Positions 9,108 through 18,134 are shown, counted from the stretch's first letter. The stretch: DNA of 32,000 nt from Okeania sp. (GCF_035285525.1 NZ_JAYKGW010000151.1:9941-41940); one strand, 5' to 3'. Made by a program: numbers and translations. Notes: generated by a model from the sequence alone, not told the origin.

Positions 9108-10817
9108 ATGAACCATAATTTTCCCATAAAACATCATGGCAAAACCAAAAAAAGGATACTTTTATACTTAGGTTTTCTCCTCTTAGGAACAATTCCCTTT
9201 TTGTTGACAAATTTCTCTGAAAAATCAGCAGAAAAAATTTATTTTCATTGCGGTATTTTCAGAATAGGTATCCCTTTAACTGCCTTAAAAAATTATGCTG
9301 AAAGAGGAAAAATTGACAAAGAATTAAAATTTTATCTCCTATTTATCAATCTAGAAAATCAACAAAAGTTGCGAAACTTCCTAAATTTCCAACTCCAGGT
9401 TAATCCCAGACAATTAACTCAAGGTTTATATTCTCAAATGGGAAAAAAATTACTGAATTATGTGGGAGAAATGATTCAGATAGATGACACAAATGGAGCA
9501 GTTCCTATTCGAGAAGCTTTAATCATAACTGCTACATCTCAAGATTTGACCCCGATAAATTTATTGGATAACTTTTCTGGTCAAATCCAGTTTGACCTAA
9601 TTAAAATTATAAGAACTACAACACAATTTGTTAGCTTAGTTCAAGATACAGAAAAACTACTACAAGAAGTTAACAAACTAACATTAACTGCTGCTGATAC
9701 TGAACCCAAAATAAATTTTTCTAGATTACCAGATTTACGCCAACCAGGAAATTTTTATTTCTATCAAAAGATTCTTAAACTTAATGATAAAAGTCGTCAA
9801 CGTCAATTTCTAGTTAAATTTTATTTACCTTATAATTTACCCAAAACTCAAACCATACCATTAGTAATTCTTTCCCCTGGTTTAGCAGTAGAACTTAATC
9901 AATGGCAACATTTAGCCAAACATTTAGTATCTTATGGTTTTGCTGTAGCAAAAGTACAACATCCAGGGAGTGATTTTAAGTATTTTCAAGCTTTTTTGGA
10001 TGGGGAAGAAAAAAATATATTTCAACTCGAAGAATTTATTAACAGACCTCTAGATATTAGTTATTTATTAGACGAATTAGAAAAACGAAATAAATTTCAA
10101 TTCCAAGGAAAACTAAATCTGAAAAATGTGGGAATTACAGGTCAATCTTTTGGAGCTTATACAGCATTATCTGTAGCTGGAGCTAAAATTAATTTTGAGC
10201 AACTAAAGCAAGATTGTTTACCCCAAATTCAATTATTAAATCCTTCCTTATTATTACAATGTCGTGCTTTAGAATTGCCTCAACAAATTTATCAAAATTA
10301 TAATTTTCGTGATGCCAGAATTAAATCACTATTAGTTATCGATCCAGTGAATCGGAGTATATTTAGTCAGTTAGGTTTAAGTCACATTAATATACCGATT
10401 TTGTGGGTTGGTGGTAGTGCAGATCAATTAACTCCAGTAGTAATAGAACAAATTAATTCTTTTACTTGGTTGCCAGTAAAAGAAAAGTATTTTATGTTAA
10501 CCAAAGGAGCAAAACATCTAGACTTTAATATTACTGCTATTCAAAATGTAGAATCTGTAAATGATGACTCTTTAAATCAATTTGTCAGTGAAAGTTCACC
10601 TGTAATTAAGTCTTATATTAATGCTTTTGGTTTAGCATTTTTTCAGTTCTATATCAGGAATGATTCTAATTATTTTAATTATTTGCGTTCTTCCTATGCT
10701 TTAGCTATTAGCAAAGAACCTTATACATTGAGTTTTTTGTCTGCTTTGACCAGAGCTGAATTAGTTCAAATTTTTGGTAGAAAGGAAGAAGCAAGAAAAG
10801 ATAAACGATATAGATAA
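9108..10817 (+). CDS. Alpha/beta hydrolase with N-terminal DUF1400-like domain and signal/TM segment
   Basis: 569 aa. The N-terminal hydrophobic segment is ILLYLGFLLLGTIPFLL. A DUF1400-like block follows (AEKIYFHCGIFRIGIPLTALKNYAERGKIDKELKFYL). The nucleophile elbow is GQSFGAY, with downstream D and H candidates (GGSADQL, GAKHLDF). Confidence 0.75.
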   Translation: MNHNFPIKHHGKTKKRILLYLGFLLLGTIPFLLTNFSEKSAEKIYFHCGIFRIGIPLTALKNYAERGKIDKELKFYLLFINLENQQKLRNFLNFQLQVNPRQLTQGLYSQMGKKLLNYVGEMIQIDDTNGAVPIREALIITATSQDLTPINLLDNFSGQIQFDLIKIIRTTTQFVSLVQDTEKLLQEVNKLTLTAADTEPKINFSRLPDLRQPGNFYFYQKILKLNDKSRQRQFLVKFYLPYNLPKTQTIPLVILSPGLAVELNQWQHLAKHLVSYGFAVAKVQHPGSDFKYFQAFLDGEEKNIFQLEEFINRPLDISYLLDELEKRNKFQFQGKLNLKNVGITGQSFGAYTALSVAGAKINFEQLKQDCLPQIQLLNPSLLLQCRALELPQQIYQNYNFRDARIKSLLVIDPVNRSIFSQLGLSHINIPILWVGGSADQLTPVVIEQINSFTWLPVKEKYFMLTKGAKHLDFNITAIQNVESVNDDSLNQFVSESSPVIKSYINAFGLAFFQFYIRNDSNYFNYLRSSYALAISKEPYTLSFLSALTRAELVQIFGRKEEARKDKRYR

Positions 10818-10929
10818 CTATTTAAAATGAATCAAACTAGAGTCAATAATATACCAGCTAAATATTGAAAATTTTGTAGTGCGGGCAAGATGTCGGCTTC
10901 GGGTTGTACCTCTTTTTTATCTTCGTTAA

Positions 10930-11160
10930 TTATTGATTAATTTGCAGTAATAAAGTTTGAGTAGTCCAAGTCGGACATCCACAACCAAAAAAGTCATAAT
11001 CTTCTGTCTAAATAGCTGCGGGTAAAGCTAAAGCTAAGGCAACTGTTTCTCAATTATTAGGGTCTCTAGGAATACGCTTTCTTGCTTCTGCTTCAAATGA
11101 TTGATAATCAGATAAAGGGACAAAAGAAATATTTTTGATATAACTAAAGTTTATCTTAGA
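10930..11160 (-). pseudogene. PIN-domain (PIN_2-type toxin) gene remnant with two in-frame stops
   Basis: The minus-strand translation reads ...NFSYIKNISFVPLSDYQSFEAEARKRIPRDPNN*ETVALALALPAAI*TEDYDFFGCGCPTWTTQTLLLQINQ*. TGA at 11050-11052 and TAG at 11008-11010 both fall where this family has Trp (DPxDW..., IWTED.DF). The 5' part of the gene is missing. Confidence 0.6.
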
Positions 11161-11234
11161 CAAAGTTGTGGTATTTTACTATAAATGTATATCGAATAAT
11201 TTGTTATGAAAGTCCAACAAAAGCTCTTTGTAAG

Positions 11235-11639
11235 TATGGGGGAGAGATCCCTTCTTTAGGAGACGCGATACTATCAGAAATACAAGTTCTTGAAAAGACA
11301 AAAGAAAACGATTTAATAGAAAGAAACTACTGGAATAAATTGGGGTACATATCCTGGAGTTTGTATTTTTATCAACTAAAGATGTGGATGAGTATTTTTC
11401 CTAGAAAACAGTTTTTAATATTAAAGAGTGAAGACTTATTTTCTCATCCAAAAGCAACTATGAAATGGTGTTATGAATTCTTAGATTTGCCAGATTATCG
11501 ACTGCCTAAATATCATAATTTTAATTCTAATAGTTATCCAGCTATAGATGATTCAATAAGGCAGACCTTGGCAGATTATTTTCGACCCCATAACTATAAA
11601 TTAGAAGAGTATTTAGGTATAGAATTTAACTCGAAGTAA
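11235..11639 (+). pseudogene. Sulfotransferase 3' fragment (N-terminal PAPS-binding half missing)
   Basis: The C-terminal ~135 codons of ORF 11166..11639 (...LIERNYWNKLGYISWSLYFYQLKMWMSIFPRKQFLILKSEDLFSHP...NSYPAIDDSIRQTLADYFRPHNYKLEEYLGIEFNSK) are about 80-85% identical at the DNA level to 12977-13375. No 5'-PSB loop is present. The upstream sequence is the PIN remnant on the other strand. Confidence 0.75.
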
Positions 11640-11750
11640 TTTGTTGCTTGAGCAAAAATTACGGAAATTAATAAACCTTCTAAAGAAGAGAAATAACTGG
11701 AAAGATAAATTGGTGAAAATCCAAGTTAATTAACTTACACAACAATAAAA

Positions 11751-12098
11751 ATGACAGATTTAATACAAGCTAATCAACTGAAAAGAAAAGGGAAACTCGA
11801 AGAAGCGATCGCTGGTGATCGGCTTGCAATAGACTCTAATCCCACTTTTGCCTGGTCTCATCATAATTTGGGAGAAGTCTTAGCAAAGTTAGGTCGGTTT
11901 GATCAAGTTGCAACCGCTTACGGACGTGCTATTGAACTGAACCCAAATTTAGCTTGGCCGCATTATAATTTGGGGTTAGTTCTAGAAAAACAAGGCAAAC
12001 TTGATGAGGCTCACGCTTTTTTGCTTAAGACTAGCGAGCTTAATCCAGATTTTACTAAATTTTCCAAAAATTTAGCCAATGTAATTGCTAAAAGATAA
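11751..12098 (+). CDS. TPR-repeat protein; probably the N-terminal fragment of a decayed TPR-sulfotransferase fusion gene
   Basis: 115-aa ORF with three TPR units (AWSHHNLGEVLAKLGRFDQVATAYGRAIELNPNLAWPHYNLGLVLEKQGKLDEAHAFLLKTSELNP). It is in the same reading frame as the sulfotransferase ORF starting at 12435. The 336 nt between them read as TPR-like protein except for TAA at 12096-12098 and 12192-12194. Confidence 0.7.
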   Translation: MTDLIQANQLKRKGKLEEAIAGDRLAIDSNPTFAWSHHNLGEVLAKLGRFDQVATAYGRAIELNPNLAWPHYNLGLVLEKQGKLDEAHAFLLKTSELNPDFTKFSKNLANVIAKR

Positions 12099-12434
12099 CA
12101 TAGCGATGCAATAAATCTAATGATTAAACATAAGAGGGGTAAAATTGACGAGGCGATTACTTGCCTTGAAAAAGCGATTAGTATATATCCATAAAAGTCA
12201 GATTCCTATTATAAAATAGGATGTTTATACAAGCTGAATAGAGAAGTTCTCAAGGCAAATTATTGTTGGAAAAAAGTTGTATATTTTTCGATAGATGAAA
12301 ATATTCAAGATAATGAATATAAAGTTAAAGCATTACTACAATTATCGAAAATAAGAGATGCTAAAAACTGCTTTAAACAAAAATACTACAACTATAAAAA
12401 AGCCATTGATGATAAATTCAAACACTTAATTAAT

Positions 12435-13375
12435 TTGAACGACTATCCAGAAAAAACTAAACCTGATTTTCTTATAATTGGAGCATCTAAATGCGGTACT
12501 ACTTCTTTATATCAGTATTTAACTAATCATCCTTCGATAGTTCCTGCTACTAATAAGGAACTTAATTTCTTTGTTTCTCCTCTAAGGTATAATATCAATT
12601 ACCATGCATTATTGCTATACTTGAAGAATACTTAAGTCATCAAATAATTAACACAAACAAAATCATTTTTGCCAATTTTAGCTAAGTTAATGTCAATTTT
12701 TATAATGCTTACTTCTTCCCCCGACTCCCTTGCAAAATCAAATGTAGAAAACTTTTTGAGAAATGGTATAAGACAATAGATTGGTATCTAAATCAATTTC
12801 CCAAGAAAAGTAAAGAAAGTGATTTATTAACTGGAGAAGCTAGTCCTCGGTACTTTGCATATCCTCTAGCACAAAAACACATATTCAATCTATTCCCAAA
12901 TATTAAGTTAATTGTGATTCTCAGAAACCCAATCAACAGAATTATTTCTCACTATTACATGGGTTTAAATGGATGTGTAGAATCTCGTTCTTTAGAAGAG
13001 GCAATGAAAAGGGAAATTACCTTGATTTAAGAACTTACAGAAACAGAGTTAATAGAAAGAATGTACTGGGGAATGCCTATCTACATCTTAGAAAGTTTGT
13101 ATTTATACCACTTTAAAAGGTGGATGAATCTTTTTCCTAGAGAACAGTTTTTAATCTTAAAAAGTGAGGACTTATTTTCTCATCCAAAAACAACTATGAA
13201 AAGGTGTTTTAAATTCTTGGGTTTGCCAGGTTATCTATTGCCTAAATATCATAATTTTAATTCCAATAGTTATCCAGCTATAGATAATTCTATAAGACAG
13301 ACTTTGGCAGATTATTTTCGACCTTATAACCAGAAATTAGAAGACTATTTGGGTATGGAATTTAACTGCAAGTAA
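12435..13375 (+). pseudogene. Sulfotransferase (Sulfotransfer_1-type), disrupted by a frameshift or insertion and an in-frame TAA
   Basis: The 5'-PSB loop is intact (DFLIIGASKCGTTSLYQYL). The frame is lost after KELNFF (~12575) and resumes in frame +2 from ~12686-12749 (KLFEKWYKTIDWYLNQFP...GEASPRYFAYP...LIVILRNPINRIISHYYM). An in-frame TAA lies at 13028-13030, followed by ORF 13061..13375 (the C-terminal part). Confidence 0.8.
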
Positions 13376-13487
13376 TTTGTTGCTTGAGGAAAAATTACAG
13401 AAATTAATAAACCTTTCAAATAAGGGAAATAGCTGGAAAGAAAAATAGGTTAAAATCTAAGTTAATAAACTTACGCGACAACAAAAA

Positions 13488-13568
13488 ATGACAGATTTAA
13501 TACAAGGTAATAAACTGAAAAACCAGAAGTTAGAAGAGTATTTAGACATGGAGTTTAACTGGGAATAA
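13488..13568 (+). pseudogene. Deletion remnant: first 12 codons of a TPR gene fused to the last 14 codons of a sulfotransferase
   Basis: MTDLIQGNKLKN matches the start of the 11751 gene (MTDLIQANQLKR). The following QKLEEYLDMEFNWE* matches sulfotransferase C-termini (YKLEEYLGIEFNSK* at 11639 and QKLEDYLGMEFNCK* at 13375). Confidence 0.55.
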
Positions 13569-13641
13569 TCCCTAGTCTTAAACACTCATAATTTATGATA
13601 ATTGTTTTAACATAGCTTTAAATTAATAGAAAGATTTACTA

Positions 13642-14229
13642 ATGACTAAAAAGTTTTTGTATCTAGTTCAAACAGATGGCAACTTACCTTCCCATTACGA
13701 CGATATTCCTAACGAAAATGCTGATATTTTGTACTTGTCTTGGAAAGAACCAATTGAGGGATATATTCATTTCCCTAATAGTACCTCGACTACTGATAGA
13801 AATAGATTGCTCGAAGAAGCAAGAAACTCAAAACACCAATATCTCTACTACATTTTCCTAGATGACGACTTAGAATTTATTCAAGGAAATTGGAGATATT
13901 TTGAGGAAATGCTGCTCAAATATATGCCTGCTATTGGTACTAGCATTTCTGACAACGAAAATCTTAATTCCAGTTTAGAAGCTCAGGTGGTTTATTCTTA
14001 CGATGCTATCTTTAACCCATTTCATCGAGATGTTGTTTTTGACGATCTATTACTTCCTTATATCGATAAATTTGATCATGTTTGTTGGTATGAATCACAA
14101 CTAATTTTTGTTCATATTTCAGCCATACTATATCCCCATCATATTTTACAGTTCAATTATGTAGAAGTTGATAATAGCAAACATAACGATTATCCCAAAA
14201 AAGCTATTTTTGCCGAAGTTGAAAAGTGA
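13642..14229 (+). CDS. Hypothetical protein with DxD-like motif (YYIFLDDDLEF); possibly the 5' part of the decayed gene downstream
   Basis: 195-aa ORF ending in TGA at 14227-14229. The same frame stays open for 24 more plausible codons (LLENIFSDNDLVKESFFTSSIASY). A different frame is open from 14294 onward. Confidence 0.45.
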   Translation: MTKKFLYLVQTDGNLPSHYDDIPNENADILYLSWKEPIEGYIHFPNSTSTTDRNRLLEEARNSKHQYLYYIFLDDDLEFIQGNWRYFEEMLLKYMPAIGTSISDNENLNSSLEAQVVYSYDAIFNPFHRDVVFDDLLLPYIDKFDHVCWYESQLIFVHISAILYPHHILQFNYVEVDNSKHNDYPKKAIFAEVEK

Positions 14230-14293
14230 CTGTTAGAAAATATCTTTAGCGACAACGATTTAGTTAAAGAAAGTTTTTTTACCTCATCCATAG

Positions 14294-15155
14294 CTAGCTA
14301 CTAAGATTCCCCCAATTCCCTACAGCGGACCTTTAGCATCTTATAAAATTGATGAAGAAACTAAAAGGAAAATATTTAAACAAGAAGACGGAAATTACAA
14401 TATTTATAGGTACAGAAATCCCACAGAAATGTCATATATTTGGCAGGGATTAAACCAACTATAAACCCTCGATGAAAACCATCCCTATTGCCAAAAAGAA
14501 ATTAATTGGGAGACTGCTGATAAATACTTTAATTTAACCTCTAAATCTCAGTTTATGGAATTAAGAAAATTGAGCGATCGCCAAAAACAATATCTAGAAA
14601 GTGCCGGATTATCCGTAGCTAATTTGGAGTTAATAGGTCTATATCGTAGAGGATTAGAGCAGCTTTTTATGCGGGGGGGGGGGGAGGGTAATAATAGTAA
14701 TAATACTTGTTTAACTTTATCTCACAAAACGACGAGAAACGTAGAAAATTCAAGAGTATGGCATGGGGTAGATCCTGCAATTAATTTTCAGCAAACTATA
14801 GTAAAAACTGGTTATATCTATATTATTTGCCCCAGTACGGGTAAGATTCTCAAGTCAGATAAATCTCAAATTTGTCTCGGCACAATTAATTTTGGGAAAC
14901 ACAAGTTTAATAATTCTGCAATATTTTATCGCTTTGTTGGTGAGGAGATATTGTATTTAATTGTTTCGGAAGCTCAGGGCGATAAAGGTTACATTTACTT
15001 TCCCAGATTAGATTGAGTTATTAAGTTAAAAAATAGCGGTTATTGTGTAATTAACTTAGATAGAATCAATCGCTTTAAAGCTGACACCATAACTAACTGG
15101 AAAGCAGTAAAATCCTATATTTCAAATAACATTAAAACTGAAGTAGTAGCTATTT
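14294..15155 (+). pseudogene. Decayed coding region (contains ORF 14555..15016) with in-frame TAA and TGA
   Basis: A single frame reads IPPIPYSGPLASYKIDEETKRK...SYIWQGLNQL*TLDENHPYCQKEINWETADKYF...(ORF 14555..15016)...YFPRLD*VIKLKNSGYCVINLDRINRFKADTITNWKAVKSYISNNIKTEVVAIL. The stops are at 14462-14464 and 15014-15016. Confidence 0.55.
14673..14684. repeat. G12 homopolymer tract inside the coding frame
   Basis: ATGC GGGGGGGGGGGG AGGG: twelve consecutive G in an otherwise AT-rich window. It encodes RGGGE. Confidence 0.95.
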
Positions 15156-15158
15156 TAA

Positions 15159-16313
15159 GGAATTGCTTATGCAAATTTAGGTCATTATTTGTGGAACGAA
15201 ATAACCGGAATCCAATTTTTATATGAAAATGAAACTTTAGACAAAATAGATAAATTTTTGCTTGGCAAATACAGCGATACTTTTAACGTCGGCGATATCT
15301 TTCCAGAAATTTCATCAGATAAGTTAGTGCCCGTTTTAGAAAAGCAAAATATCTGCAAATTGATGTTAGAAAATAATTACTTAGCAGTCAGAGTTACCGA
15401 TGCTCATTTTCAAGAGAAATTAGCCAATCGAATCTACGATAATGCCCTGAAAAAATGTTCCGAAAATTTTGTAGAAAAAGTAGAAAAAGCCAAAAAACAT
15501 TTCCCTCTTTTATGGATTAATTTGCGCGGTCACGATAAGGCATGGAGTTCTCGTGTAGAAGGATATGCCAACATCATTAATTCTCTTTATCGTGATTATC
15601 CAAATATGGCGATTATATTTGATGGATTTCCTGACGAAAAAACTACTATGGAGAAAATATTAGCTTTAATTCCTAACAAAATTACTACCTATAACGCCCT
15701 CCATTGTCCTCTTTATGAAACCATTATTTGGGCAAATTCTATACATTATTATATAGCCTTTATTAGCGCCGGATTAACTTTAGTAGCGTGGTTAGCTAAT
15801 AAACCAGGAGTAGCACATTGTAATTTCGGGCACACTAGCGATCAAGCACCTTGGTGGGGAGAAGTTCGAGAAAATGGCATCAAACCAATGTTTGTGCCAG
15901 CAGATTGTATTGCCGATTTAGATGACGAACATGGTCCTGGTTATTGCGACTACGATTTTGATTGGCAGTTGATTTACGATCGCCTAATTAAAATACACCA
16001 AAAATATTACCCGAAACAACTCCCTAATTCTTGGTATAAAGGAGAAATAACTGCTCAAAAATACTTGGCAGCAAAACCGGGTAAGAAAATCAAGATCGAA
16101 GTAATAGTCAAGAATTTAAGTAACGTTACTTGGTCAGGAAAAGATTTTAACTGGATACGTTGTGGCAATCACTGGTTGGATGAAAATGGAAAACTTTTGC
16201 AAAATGATGATGGTAGAGTCTTGTTGCAAGAAGATTTGAAACCCCAAGAAGAAATTGAATTAACTTTGACTATAACCACACCCAAAACCGAGGGAAATTA
16301 TATATTAAACTAG
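15159..16313 (+). pseudogene. Central part of the decayed large gene (ORF 15189..16313), ending in an Ig-like beta-sandwich module cut by a frameshift
   Basis: The frame opens at 15159 (GIAYANLGHYLWNEITG...) directly after the previous fragment ends in another frame. It terminates ...TPKTEGNYILN*. The motif continues in the next frame as KLDLVQEGVTWFKNKG, which indicates a 1-nt loss in the A-run at ~16307-16309. Confidence 0.6.
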
Positions 16314-16828
16314 ACTTAGTTCAAGAAGGGGTGACTTGGTTCAAAAACAAAGGTTTTCCCACTTCCAAAGTCGAGGTGCAAGTTAAAGCTGATTCGCTCT
16401 CAGAACCCAACATTAAATCAGAGCAGTTGATTGAAAAACCTCTGCTTATTACAGAAAGAACTCTGAAAGTTCTAAAAAATGGTAGTTATAAGGATTGCTT
16501 GAAACTAGGAGAGACTTTAAAGAAAGAAGGGAAGCTAGATGAAGCTTTTACTGCTTTAGAAGAGGCGATCGCTCTTCATCCTAATTATTCCTGGTCTTAT
16601 AATTCTTTGGGGAAAGTTTTGGAGAAACTCGGAAAACTAGACAAAGCAGCGATCGCTTACCGTCAAGCTATCAAACTTAAACCTAAGTTTCCTTGGTATC
16701 ACTATAACTTAGGACAAGTCTTAGAAAAGCAAGGTAAATTAGAAGAGGCAAAAACTATTTACCGTATAGCGCAGGAGCTTTACCCAAATTTATCTTTATT
16801 CCAGAATATTAATTTAACTAAGAAATAA
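16307..16828 (+). pseudogene. C-terminal TPR part of the decayed large gene (ORF 16331..16828)
   Basis: The frame is open from at least 16307 (KLDLVQEGVTWFKNKGFPTSKVEVQVK...). TPR units follow (SWSYNSLGKVLEKLGKLDKAAIAYRQAIKLKPKFPWYHYNLGQVLEKQGKLEEAKTIY), closely resembling the 11751 TPR protein. Confidence 0.65.
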
Positions 16829-16848
16829 CCTAAAATCAAACTCACACA

Positions 16849-16887
16849 AAGAAACCCGGTTTCTAGAGTAGAAAAACCGGGTTTCTT
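16849..16887 (+). terminator. 14-bp-stem hairpin built from the GAAACCCGGTTTC repeat, just after the TPR ORF stop
   Basis: AAGAAACCCGGTTT (16849-16862) pairs with AAACCGGGTTTCTT (16874-16887) across an 11-nt loop. The downstream U-tract is weak (TAAGTTTG). Confidence 0.4.
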
Positions 16888-16919
16888 AAGTTTGTCTGCG
16901 TCAGTCCTGATTCTAAATC

Positions 16920-17075
16920 TTACAGCAATGCATCAGGATGGTGAGGTACAGTTGCAGATTAATCTCTATCCACTGTAACACAGCCTTCGTTTGCTGTTAC
17001 AACCTGGAAGGTTGTGTTACCACTCATTACTAAATAAAATTTTGTACCTCACACGCGGGCGTGAAATTGCTGTAA
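16920..17075. repeat. ~150-bp structured repeat, copy 2 (inverted relative to 8753-8898)
   Basis: The outer stem is GTGAGGTACA (16941-16950) with TGTACCTCAC (17043-17052). The inner hairpin is GTTACAACCTGGAAGGTTGTGTTAC. The flanking pair is TACAGCAAT / ATTGCTGTA. Confidence 0.8.
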
Positions 17076-17078
17076 ATA

Positions 17079-17297
17079 CTATTCTATAGTAATAGACTGA
17101 GGACCTTCACTTTTGCTATTATCTGCTCCTGTGGTAGAACCATTAGTAGGAGTATAACCAGTCTGCTGATTAAGCCAAGTTTTCACAGGATCATCATTAA
17201 GATTTAGTCGCAGTATACCAGAGAAAAAGCCTCCGAAAAAGGCTGCTGGTTGTTCAATCAATTCTTTTACAACTGGAGTTAATTCATCTAAAAACAT
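17079..17297 (-). CDS. Small conserved hypothetical protein (72 aa)
   Basis: ATG at 17297 is preceded by AAGGAAAAG. The TTG one codon upstream used by the ORF track is less likely. Sequence: MFLDELTPVVKELIEQPAAFFGGFFSGILRLNLNDDPVKTWL... Confidence 0.55.
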   Translation of the reverse strand: MFLDELTPVVKELIEQPAAFFGGFFSGILRLNLNDDPVKTWLNQQTGYTPTNGSTTGADNSKSEGPQSITIE

Positions 17298-17418
17298 CAA
17301 ACTTTTCCTTTTGCTAATACTATCTTTCTCAGCAGATAAAATTATTCACTGATATTCTAACGCAGTAAATATCCAAGTATCATCAATTTATCAATGGTCA
17401 AAGTCACTCAAATATTAC

Positions 17419-17446
17419 TTTTGAATTTTGAATTTTGAATTTTGAC
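17419..17446. repeat. STRR-type heptamer tandem repeat (TTTTGAA x3 plus TTTTGAC)
   Basis: Direct reading of 17419-17446. Confidence 0.9.
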
Positions 17447-17465
17447 TTAAGCGTAGCGCCATAAA

Positions 17466-18134
17466 CTAACTGTTCAGAGCTAACTTGGCTTCCTGAGCTA
17501 CCTGCTCAACTTCATCCTTAGTCAATTCTGTTATTATTTGTTTTGCTTCTGAACTTCCTAACCTATGTAAAGCTTGTACCAGTCTATAACGCATTTGCCA
17601 ATCACTATGAACAGCAAAAGGCTTTAGTAAAGGAATAGCTTCTAAATTTCCTAGTTCCCCCAAAGCACTAATGGCCATAGTCTGTATTAATTCATTATCT
17701 GATTTCAGAGCATCTTGCAGTAAAAAGAATGCTTTTGGTTCCCCCATTTCTCCGATTGCTGCAACTATACTAACTTTCACTAACCATTCTGGTGTATTCT
17801 TGTATAGTTCTTCTAAGTCATCAAAAGCTTGGGTAATTTTTAATGCTCCTAAAGCATCTGCTGCTGCTGCTTGGACATCAAATTCAGGATCATTGAGGAG
17901 ACAATCACGCAATATTTCTGCGGACATTGTTAAATTTTGCTCTCCCAAACTTGACATTTGGCTCACAGCAGCGTATCTTACGCGAGTATTCTTGTCCTTA
18001 ATTGGAGTTTGGATTAATTCAAAAGCGATCGCTGGTTCTATTTGCCGTAACTGATTAACTCCGCGCAAGCGATCGCCTAATTCTTCAGATATTAATAGTT
18101 GTTGAATCAAATCTGGTGTAACAGTAGTTTCCAT
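17466..18134 (-). CDS. HEAT-repeat protein of the phycobiliprotein-lyase CpcE/NblB family
   Basis: Repeated PBS-lyase HEAT-like units (RVRYAAVSQMSSLG, DVQAAAADALGALK, LVKVSIVAAIGEMGEP, IQTMAISALGELGN, QMRYRLVQALHRLG). ATG at 18134 (METTVTPDL...) is preferred over the TTG at 18164. Confidence 0.7.
   Translation of the reverse strand: METTVTPDLIQQLLISEELGDRLRGVNQLRQIEPAIAFELIQTPIKDKNTRVRYAAVSQMSSLGEQNLTMSAEILRDCLLNDPEFDVQAAAADALGALKITQAFDDLEELYKNTPEWLVKVSIVAAIGEMGEPKAFFLLQDALKSDNELIQTMAISALGELGNLEAIPLLKPFAVHSDWQMRYRLVQALHRLGSSEAKQIITELTKDEVEQVAQEAKLALNS

Noticed and set aside
12570-12745. Segment interrupting the sulfotransferase as a possible intron or defined insertion element
   Set aside because: I found no terminal inverted repeats, target duplication or intron-like structure. 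It partly reads as a duplicated NFF/YFF motif in another frame. It is treated only as an unspecified indel or frameshift region.
17671-18054. 127-aa ORF antisense to the HEAT-repeat gene, and other embedded or antisense ORFs
   Set aside because: These lie within, or largely overlap, much longer ORFs that have clear family signatures, and they have no features of their own. The full set is 1343..1564, 3156..3344, 5132..5341, 13676..13861, 18939..19178, 19405..19614, 19430..19633, 19473..19658, 20449..20658, 22411..22623, 23615..23815, 26722..26931, 29156..29365, 30677..30919 and 31114..31302.
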